Notes: a model not told the origin generated them from the sequence alone. 25,364 nucleotides of DNA from a virus (IMGVR_UViG_3300009080_000053:1-25364); one strand, 5' to 3'. Shown: positions 8,699 to 14,578, numbered from the stretch's first letter. A program made the numbers and translations.

Positions 8699-9630
8699 TA
8701 CGCCACCTTTGAGAAGTGATGTTGGACAAAAGCCTGTCGAGTGTTCTGTGTTGCAGCCATATTAACTATAGCATCTCGGCGTTGTGCTGTTGCATGAGTA
8801 GACCAGTCGGTCATAGCATTATAAAATGCCCAGCGATTAGCACCTAAACGTCTCTTGTATTTATGCCAAGCAGCATAGATGTATTCAAGTGACGGGTTAG
8901 TTCTAGGCATCTCACTCATGATAGATTCAGCGGAAGACAGTGGTCTAGATTTAATAATCTTTTGGGCTGAATCAATCTTAAAAGCTTGTACAATCTCATG
9001 GAATGCCATTCTGTCTGACATGGGCTGAGCACTCCATTCTGACCAGAGTTCACGTTGATTCTCGAAAACATCTAGAGCCTTAGTGATAACTCTTGAGCCT
9101 ACTTCAATGTCTAGGTTTCGGGTATGCTTAGCTCTGAACACTGCAACCTCACCGCCAACAAAGACTTGTAGATTTGTACAAGCTTGTTGTATAGCTGCCG
9201 CACTTATCATGAATGGCCAAGTCCCGTCAAAGCTTGACACTGCAAGCAGTCCAAGGGATGCAGTGTCACCATCTGGAGTATTATAGGTATGAGCCGGTAG
9301 CTTATATTGTACAAAGGTTCTAGAGCCATCGTGAGAAGTCCTGATAATCTCTTGGATGCCGTCAACGCTAAGCCCTGAACGCTCAATAATATTACGGGTA
9401 ACATCTATCATCTTCTTGGGAGCCACTGGCTTATAGCTATGACCATGAACCCCTAGCTCTGCACCGGAATCAGTGCGGTAGATTACAGACTTAGAGCTTT
9501 TGATATGGCCATGCTCTGGGGTAAAATAATTTAAAGGTTGTGTTGCTATATCAAAATCTGCTGAGCCATAGCCACCCTCTCGGATGGCTTGAAGTGCTGA
9601 GTTGTTCGGAAACATTTGCATGATAGTCAT
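8698..9630 (-). CDS. DUF932/DUF945-like phage protein
   Basis: R.D....LGV....YKPV, SHDG, SFDG and CTNL motif order typical of DUF932. Confidence 0.7.
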   Translation of the reverse strand: MTIMQMFPNNSALQAIREGGYGSADFDIATQPLNYFTPEHGHIKSSKSVIYRTDSGAELGVHGHSYKPVAPKKMIDVTRNIIERSGLSVDGIQEIIRTSHDGSRTFVQYKLPAHTYNTPDGDTASLGLLAVSSFDGTWPFMISAAAIQQACTNLQVFVGGEVAVFRAKHTRNLDIEVGSRVITKALDVFENQRELWSEWSAQPMSDRMAFHEIVQAFKIDSAQKIIKSRPLSSAESIMSEMPRTNPSLEYIYAAWHKYKRRLGANRWAFYNAMTDWSTHATAQRRDAIVNMAATQNTRQAFVQHHFSKVA

Positions 9631-9887
9631 TATGCTTGTACTCCTTCGATGCCTTTAATATCTTTAATGTTCTTGAAGCTAATGCTTCGAGACTGTTTGT
9701 GCTGTACATAGAAAGCCCACTTGTAGCAGTGAAAGATATGAAAACACTCTCCTTTGCTAACCTCGAAACGATTCTTGGTTCTTCGCTGTCGTACAATAAA
9801 AGACTTACCGAAGACTGTACCGTTTTTCTTGCCGCTAAACGCCAAAGAGTGTGTAGATTTTGCGATTAAATTGAATAAAGTTTCCAT
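9630..9887 (-). CDS. hypothetical basic protein
   Basis: 85-aa ORF with TAATG coupling to the DUF932-like gene; first gene after the minus-strand promoter. Confidence 0.65.
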   Translation of the reverse strand: METLFNLIAKSTHSLAFSGKKNGTVFGKSFIVRQRRTKNRFEVSKGECFHIFHCYKWAFYVQHKQSRSISFKNIKDIKGIEGVQA

Positions 9888-9924
9888 AATTTTAATGCCT
9901 ATTTGAATGTATATTTGAGTGTAT

Positions 9925-9954
9925 ATTATAACATATATTTATTTAAAAAGTAAA
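9925..9954 (-). promoter_or_regulatory. sigma70-type promoter (leftward)
   Basis: Minus strand reads TTTACT-18 nt-TATAAT with a TGn extended -10, upstream of the ATG at 9887. Confidence 0.65.
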
Positions 9955-9968
9955 GCGGTTTTTTTTAC

Positions 9969-9997
9969 TTGACACCGCCACCGAAGTGTGGTACAAT
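9969..9997 (+). promoter_or_regulatory. sigma70-type promoter (rightward, antisense to early genes)
   Basis: TTGACA-17 nt-TACAAT with a TGn extended -10. Confidence 0.7.
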
Positions 9998-9998
9998 A

Positions 9999-10054
9999 AC
10001 TTAATGTCTTATAAGTTAGTTCGTAAGAACTTACTAACTTATAAGTCATTAAGT
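9999..10054. repeat. long hairpin H1
   Basis: 22-nt arms (9999-10020 and 10033-10054, one mismatch) around TCGTAAGAACTT. Confidence 0.9.
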
Positions 10055-10065
10055 AATTGAGTATA

Positions 10066-10239
10066 TTAATTATCATTGATGCAGATATTAAATACTCTAG
10101 TAGCTAAGTCATCCAACATCTCAAGCTCTTCTTCTGTCGGCTCAAAATCTGTGTCATATTTCAATTGCTCCGTAGTTATTGTTAAGTCTTTTAGAATGTT
10201 AAAAAAATCTAGTTTGTTTTGTGTTAGTTTGTAAGCCAT
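10066..10239 (-). CDS. small acidic hypothetical protein, 57 aa (not in ORF track)
   Basis: Manual translation MAYKLTQNKLDFFNILKDLTITTEQLKYDTDFEPTEEELEMLDDLATRVFNICINDN, with TAATG coupling. Confidence 0.6.
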   Translation of the reverse strand: MAYKLTQNKLDFFNILKDLTITTEQLKYDTDFEPTEEELEMLDDLATRVFNICINDN

Positions 10240-10433
10240 TATCTTGTACCTGTAAGTTCGCTTTGAAGTCTATCACTATTTAACATGGTAATTATGTATG
10301 GTTTATTGCCTCTCGTTCTAGCTATTTTATGTGCATCTTCTAAACTAAAACAATACATAGGCGAATCAAACTCATCTGTAAAATCTATACGCCATAGAAC
10401 ATTGCCTTCTTTAATTATATCGGAGCTTTTCAT
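10239..10433 (-). CDS. hypothetical early protein
   Basis: 64-aa ORF with GAGG upstream. Confidence 0.65.
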   Translation of the reverse strand: MKSSDIIKEGNVLWRIDFTDEFDSPMYCFSLEDAHKIARTRGNKPYIITMLNSDRLQSELTGTR

Positions 10434-10575
10434 AGTGTTCTGCCTCTTCTAAGTAGCCTATAAGAACGTCAGTAGGTATATAATCTATCAAATCATACAG
10501 CGGACGGTACTCACCGTCCTTTACATCTTGGTATATCTGTTCCATACAGGCTATTAAAGCATCTTCTCTATTCAT
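10411..10575 (-). CDS. hypothetical early protein, 54 aa (not in ORF track)
   Basis: Manual translation MNREDALIACMEQIYQDVKDGEYRPLYDLIDYIPTDVLIGYLEEAEHYEKLRYN, with GAGG upstream; fills the gap. Confidence 0.6.
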   Translation of the reverse strand: MNREDALIACMEQIYQDVKDGEYRPLYDLIDYIPTDVLIGYLEEAEHYEKLRYN

Positions 10576-10786
10576 TTCTTAACCTCGCTTTAGTTTTATC
10601 CATCCAAGCCTCAAAGCTTCTACGATGTATCTGCTTATACTTACCGCCGCCCAGCTTAATAACTTTCTGTATATAGTGATAAGTCTTTAAACCCTCCATA
10701 GCCTTGTTTAAGTCAGGCTCCATAGTGAAGCACCAGATATGTTCGGCACAAGTCTTTTTAAATTCTTCTTCTGTGGGTAAATTCAT
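10568..10786 (-). CDS. hypothetical early protein
   Basis: 72-aa ORF with GGAGG RBS and TGATG coupling. Confidence 0.65.
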   Translation of the reverse strand: MNLPTEEEFKKTCAEHIWCFTMEPDLNKAMEGLKTYHYIQKVIKLGGGKYKQIHRRSFEAWMDKTKARLRNE

Positions 10787-10923
10787 CAGTGACCTCCGGC
10801 AAATTCAACTATATATAGTCTACGGGCTTTGTCGCCACAAACATTAGCTTCAAATATTAAACCTTTTCGAATAGCATAAGCTATCATGTCGTAGAACTCT
10901 TCGACTTCAAATGTTTTAAACAT
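10786..10923 (-). CDS. hypothetical early protein, 45 aa (not in ORF track)
   Basis: Manual translation MFKTFEVEEFYDMIAYAIRKGLIFEANVCGDKARRLYIVEFAGGH, with a GGAGAATAACTATG initiation region. Confidence 0.65.
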   Translation of the reverse strand: MFKTFEVEEFYDMIAYAIRKGLIFEANVCGDKARRLYIVEFAGGH

Positions 10924-11122
10924 AGTTATTCTCCCCTCTCTGCGATACTTCTTCGATGTCATTTTCAGAAACAGAATCAGCTATCCAAGACAAATCTATG
11001 TCGCGTGTTTGAGTAAACAGCTTAATGCTTCCATCATCGTTTAGTAATTCGTTGCCATCTTCATCAACTTTGTAGAACTGTATATCCCATACAGATACTG
11101 TATATTTTTTATCATCACTCAT
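10916..11122 (-). CDS. small acidic hypothetical early protein
   Basis: 68-aa ORF with a GGAGAATAACTATG initiation region. Confidence 0.7.
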   Translation of the reverse strand: MSDDKKYTVSVWDIQFYKVDEDGNELLNDDGSIKLFTQTRDIDLSWIADSVSENDIEEVSQRGENNYV

Positions 11123-11124
11123 AG

Positions 11125-11739
11125 TTATTCTCCAGTCAAGTAAGTATAGTGTACTTCAGATACATGATTACCATCTTGCCACCGCTTAGACTTAGTAGCT
11201 ACAAAGTCGCACCAAGAGTTCCAAAGATTCTCACAGCCATAGTCAGCACATAACTCTATGTACTTATCTATCTTAGCATTGTTAGCATCAATGCCTTTCT
11301 GGGTCTTTGGATTCTTAGCTAGTGCTAAGTCTTTAGTGTCCAGCCCATACATTCTAATATTATGAGTATCCATACAGCCAACCAATCCAGCAATCAACTG
11401 GCAGCAGAAGCCAGCTTTAGCTAAACCCAAGCCATCAACCCTCAAGAATATATTCATTAGCGATATAGACTTCATAAAGTCTGTCTGTTTGCTGTTGATA
11501 ACAGCCATCACTTGAGCATATACTTTGTGCTGATTAGATTTAAGATAGCTATATGTTTTTCTTTTGTTGCCCCACAAGAATCGGGACTCAGATTTATTTA
11601 GCCTTACATCAGTTAGCTGGTCGCCAACACCGAGCCAGTTTTGTTGGATACTTAGCACTACCATTAGAACTGTATCTGACATATTAGTAGCACTACGCTG
11701 TGAGTATTCCTGAACCGCTTTGCAGTGAGTATTGAACAT
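11125..11739 (-). CDS. HhH-GPD superfamily DNA glycosylase-like protein
   Basis: VLSIQQ, HhH motif LRVDGLGLAKA and a following MDTHNIR (compare endonuclease III ILSAQ / LPGVGRKTA / VDTHIFR). The likely start is the ATG at 11739 after GGAG. Confidence 0.6.
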   Translation of the reverse strand: MFNTHCKAVQEYSQRSATNMSDTVLMVVLSIQQNWLGVGDQLTDVRLNKSESRFLWGNKRKTYSYLKSNQHKVYAQVMAVINSKQTDFMKSISLMNIFLRVDGLGLAKAGFCCQLIAGLVGCMDTHNIRMYGLDTKDLALAKNPKTQKGIDANNAKIDKYIELCADYGCENLWNSWCDFVATKSKRWQDGNHVSEVHYTYLTGE

Positions 11740-11754
11740 CGGCATCTCCAATTG

Positions 11755-11800
11755 TGTACTTATTAGTTAGTTCGTAAGAACTTACTAACTAATAAGTACA
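11755..11800. repeat. long hairpin H2 (same core as H1)
   Basis: Perfect 17-bp arms (11755-11771 and 11784-11800) around TCGTAAGAACTT. Confidence 0.92.
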
Positions 11801-11821
11801 TTTAAATATAAAGTCTATTGA

Positions 11822-12079
11822 TTATTTAAACCATTTTATCTGCTGATTTAACTTATCATTCCATAAATCTAACGCTTCTTTAACTGTCAGGTCATAATGA
11901 CCCCAAAATATATCCATCTGTCCTGCTTCATCACCCCAACTATGGAACATATACTCAGCTTCAGGTTTAAAAGCTTCAGGTTTTTTAGGACGATGACTTA
12001 TACAGATTCTTAGTATACCACAAGAACTTATAAGATTAGCATCTAAACGTGACTTTAAAGTCTTTTGTAGTTCTAACAT
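11822..12079 (-). CDS. hypothetical early protein
   Basis: ORF track gives 11822..12115; the likely start is the ATG at 12079 after GAGG; contains a FWGHYDL motif. Confidence 0.65.
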   Translation of the reverse strand: MLELQKTLKSRLDANLISSCGILRICISHRPKKPEAFKPEAEYMFHSWGDEAGQMDIFWGHYDLTVKEALDLWNDKLNQQIKWFK

Positions 12080-12080
12080 A

Positions 12081-12242
12081 TTACTTATCCTCTTGTTCGT
12101 TGTTAGATATATCACAAGCTAAGTTCCAAGCCATCATTGCAGCCAGCCAAGCTATAGGTTTTTCACTGCCTGAGAAGCTTTCTAGTCTATCTTCTAAGTC
12201 TTTCATGCTAGTCGGAGTGTAAAACAAATCAACTTTATTCAT
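12081..12242 (-). CDS. hypothetical early protein
   Basis: ORF track gives 12081..12269; the likely start is the ATG at 12242 (MNKVDLFYTP) after AAGG. Confidence 0.65.
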   Translation of the reverse strand: MNKVDLFYTPTSMKDLEDRLESFSGSEKPIAWLAAMMAWNLACDISNNEQEDK

Positions 12243-12246
12243 AGTT

Positions 12247-12378
12247 CTATACCTTTTCAATGTAGACATCTTGATAGCCTTCAGCTTTGTAAATAGCTGC
12301 TAACTTTTCTGCTTCACCTTTGGTGAGATAGTATTTATTTGCCTCAACACCACCAACCCAAACTGTATATTTATTCAT
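12247..12378 (-). CDS. small hypothetical protein, 43 aa, SPOR-repeat-like pattern (not in ORF track)
   Basis: Manual translation MNKYTVWVGGVEANKYYLTKGEAEKLAAIYKAEGYQDVYIEKV, with an AAGGAG RBS. Confidence 0.7.
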   Translation of the reverse strand: MNKYTVWVGGVEANKYYLTKGEAEKLAAIYKAEGYQDVYIEKV

Positions 12379-12380
12379 AA

Positions 12381-12461
12381 CTATAACTCCTTTCCAACTA
12401 TATAGATTATAAAGCCAGACAATAATAACACTATTATAAACGCTACGTTAATTATAATCAT
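12381..12461 (-). CDS. 26-aa single-TM peptide (not in ORF track)
   Basis: Manual translation MIIINVAFIIVLLLSGFIIYIVGKEL, with a GGAGG RBS. Confidence 0.5.
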   Translation of the reverse strand: MIIINVAFIIVLLLSGFIIYIVGKEL

Positions 12462-12627
12462 CTTGTACCTCCACTTCAATGAAAGAATCTAAGTCAGTCG
12501 GCTCTGCCGGAACAACTTCTACTAAACTATATTCTGCATTTATTAAATGCATAGCAGTTTCAGTAGCATCTTCTAAGTCTTGACAGACCATTACATTACC
12601 ATCGAATATAACTTTATACATAAGCAT
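12448..12627 (-). CDS. highly acidic 59-aa early protein (not in ORF track)
   Basis: Manual translation MLMYKVIFDGNVMVCQDLEDATETAMHLINAEYSLVEVVPAEPTDLDSFIEVEVQDDYN, with AAGG upstream. Confidence 0.6.
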   Translation of the reverse strand: MLMYKVIFDGNVMVCQDLEDATETAMHLINAEYSLVEVVPAEPTDLDSFIEVEVQDDYN

Positions 12628-12645
12628 TGAGCCTTTTTGTTTTGA

Positions 12646-12695
12646 AGTTAATTTAATAGAGCCTACTACTTCGTAATAGGCTATATAAATTAACT
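12646..12695. repeat. imperfect long hairpin H3
   Basis: AGTTAATTTA/TAAATTAACT and AGCCTA/TAGGCT stems around the loop CTACTTCGTAA. Confidence 0.8.
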
Positions 12696-12741
12696 AAACT
12701 TCGTAGCAATCTACAACATTTTCCCATTAGAAATTAAAGAC

Positions 12742-12769
12742 AAAAAAAAGGGAGAGCCGAAGCCCTCCC
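12742..12769 (-). terminator. rho-independent terminator
   Basis: Minus strand reads GGGAGGGC-TTCG-GCTCTCCC followed by T8, 8 nt after the stop of 12778..13212. Confidence 0.9.
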
Positions 12770-12777
12770 GATAGATT

Positions 12778-13212
12778 TTATTTAGCGATAGCTTCTAGAA
12801 GCTCTAAGATTTTAGCTTGAGTAGCTTCCATTGCCTCAACTCGTTGAGTCAAAGTTGATTCTTTCTTTGGAGCCTTGGAAGCCGTTGGCTTCGCTGAAGC
12901 TTTAGCTTCTTTCTTTGGAGCCTTGGAAGCCTTTGGCTTGGCTTTCGCTTTTGATTTCTTGGTAGAAATCATATGAAGGAACTGCTCTGGAACACAATCC
13001 CATTCAAACCATTCTGAAACATCAGAATGGGTCATAAAGCTATCAGAGTCTCTATAGTGCTTATTAAGCACCGCATTAAAGACTTTGGTCAATCCATATC
13101 TCTCCGATGGAGAGGAAGCTTTGATTGAAGCAAAGTGGCTAGCCACTGCAAAAACTTGTCGAGCCGTAGCAATTTTGTTTGAGTCGATTGAGTTGAAGTT
13201 TGATTTGGCCAT
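12778..13212 (-). CDS. hypothetical protein with histone H1-like Lys/Ala/Pro linker and C-terminal coiled coil
   Basis: 144 aa, with duplicated ASKAPKKE, an AAGGA RBS and its own terminator. Confidence 0.8.
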   Translation of the reverse strand: MAKSNFNSIDSNKIATARQVFAVASHFASIKASSPSERYGLTKVFNAVLNKHYRDSDSFMTHSDVSEWFEWDCVPEQFLHMISTKKSKAKAKPKASKAPKKEAKASAKPTASKAPKKESTLTQRVEAMEATQAKILELLEAIAK

Positions 13213-13215
13213 TAT

Positions 13216-13284
13216 AGTATTCCTTATTTATTAATTTAAAAAGTCACAAGTGACTTCTTTTTAAATTAATAAATAAGGAATACT
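13216..13284. repeat. perfect 28-bp inverted repeat H4
   Basis: AGTATTCCTTATTTATTAATTTAAAAAG (13216-13243) and CTTTTTAAATTAATAAATAAGGAATACT (13257-13284), with inner AAGTCAC-AA-GTGACTT. Confidence 0.95.
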
Positions 13285-13286
13285 TT

Positions 13287-13327
13287 TTAGTATCTCCATA
13301 ACCTTTTATAGGTTATGGAGATACTAA
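13287..13327. repeat. perfect 18-bp inverted repeat H5
   Basis: TTAGTATCTCCATAACCT-tttat-AGGTTATGGAGATACTAA. Confidence 0.95.
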
Positions 13328-13337
13328 GTTCGGCTCT

Positions 13338-13741
13338 AAGACTTTTAAAGTCTTCAAAGCAGCGCGAATCCCTGTCGGGATTTTCCTTGCAGCTCGAAAG
13401 ACTTAGGAGACTTTAAAAGTCTCAGGAGGGGTTGATTAGTCGTAGACTAAAAAGCTTGTAAGTCGTTGAAAAGATTGGAAGTCTCTGGAGTAAACCTAAA
13501 GGTTTAAAAAAGCTTCAAAGCCTCCCTAGTTTTGTAAACTAGAAAACTTGTTAGCTCTTCTAAGACTTTCAAAGTCTTCAGAGGGGGTGGGCATTGAAGA
13601 CTTTGAAAGTCTTTGGAGTGGCTTCACAGAACTCCTAGTCTTTTAAGAAGCTCTATGGAGCTTTTAAAAGACTAGGAAGATTTTCTAAGTCTCTAAAGAC
13701 TTAGAATTTTTGAAGTCTTTAGAGACTTCAGGGGGTGGGCA
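13338..13741. repeat. array of AGACTTT-n-AAAGTCT palindromes and related hairpins
   Basis: Copies at 13338-13354, 13407-13423, 13562-13578 and 13597-13613; related hairpins at 13633-13677, 13683-13706 and 13711-13730. Confidence 0.9.
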
Positions 13742-13997
13742 AGCTGCCAAGGGGGGGTACTAGGATATATATACAATCATATACATTTTATGGAGATATG
13801 CCATGTAAACCAGATAGTGCCGCAGCTTTAAAGGCTTTAAAGGGAGGGGCAAGGCTTGGGAAGTCGGGCGACTACCAAAGGCTTTAAAGGGGGAGTGGGG
13901 GTTTATAAACTGCGGGATATAGGGTGTATAAGTACCCATATAAGCATTAACCTAAACCTGTATTACATATGCTATAACCCCGGTGGGCTTAATATCT

Positions 13998-14026
13998 ATT
14001 ATACCCGTAGAATAAGCATCTGTCAA
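13998..14026 (-). promoter_or_regulatory. consensus sigma70 promoter (leftward)
   Basis: Minus strand reads TTGACA-17 nt-TATAAT, a perfect consensus. Confidence 0.8.
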
Positions 14027-14115
14027 GTTTTATTTCATTTATTTGCAGGCCTTCCTTCTATATACTATATATAGGAACAATATAAGTATATTATGAAAAA
14101 AAGTTATAAAAAAAC

Positions 14116-14144
14116 TTGACAAACCTCCATATTACGGGTATACT
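14116..14144 (+). promoter_or_regulatory. sigma70 promoter for the packaging/structural operon
   Basis: TTGACA-17 nt-TATACT, 35 nt upstream of the terS ATG. Confidence 0.85.
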
Positions 14145-14179
14145 AGAGTATATACAGTTTAAATGACTAGGAAGTCTAA

Positions 14180-14578
14180 ATGCCTGACAAACAACTAACA
14201 ACAAAGCAACAAGCATTTCTTGACAATCTTACAGTTTGTGGCGGAGATGTCAAGCATGCAGCAGAACTAGCAGGCTACGCAGAGGGCACACACTACACAG
14301 TAGTTAAAGCATTGAAGTCTGAAATACTAGACATAGCTACAAACATACTGGCGCTCAATGCACCTAAAGCAGCTTCTAAGCTAATCCAGATTATGGACAG
14401 CCCAGAGCCTATACCGCAAGCTAACATGCGTATACAAGCTGCACAGCAAATTCTAGACCGTGTAGGACTAGGCAAAACAGAACGCCTAGATGTAAATGTA
14501 AGTTCTGGTGGAGGCTTGTTTGTTATACCCGCCAAGAAGGAGGTAGTGATAGATGGAGAATATACGGAGGTCGAGTAG
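14180..14578 (+). CDS. terS: terminase small subunit (putative)
   Basis: N-terminal LTTKQQAF...AAELAGY HTH and a RIQAAQQILDRVG motif; lies upstream of TerL. Confidence 0.75.
   Translation: MPDKQLTTKQQAFLDNLTVCGGDVKHAAELAGYAEGTHYTVVKALKSEILDIATNILALNAPKAASKLIQIMDSPEPIPQANMRIQAAQQILDRVGLGKTERLDVNVSSGGGLFVIPAKKEVVIDGEYTEVE

Noticed and set aside
439-9869. Plus-strand ORFs opposite the replication and early genes (e.g. 439..771, 1131..1418, 4555..4863, 6219..6650) and alternate-frame minus ORFs (3836..4078, 6799..7113, 9207..9404, 9551..9796)
   Set aside because: These are shadows of well-supported genes, with no evident SD or recognisable motifs.
9999-11800. H1/H2 as CRISPR repeats or integron attC sites
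   Set aside because: There are only two copies, 1.7 kb apart, with genes between them and no spacer periodicity. The GTTAG...CTAAC order is the reverse of the attC RYYYAAC...GTTRRRY arrangement, and no integrase is present.
13338-13741. Palindrome array as a CRISPR array or MITE
   Set aside because: Spacing is irregular, repeats vary and nest in both orientations, and there are no terminal inverted repeats with target duplication.
13856-14074. 72-aa plus-strand ORF in the intergenic region
   Set aside because: It has a TTG start and atypical composition, overlaps the leftward promoter and G-tracts, and has no upstream rightward promoter.
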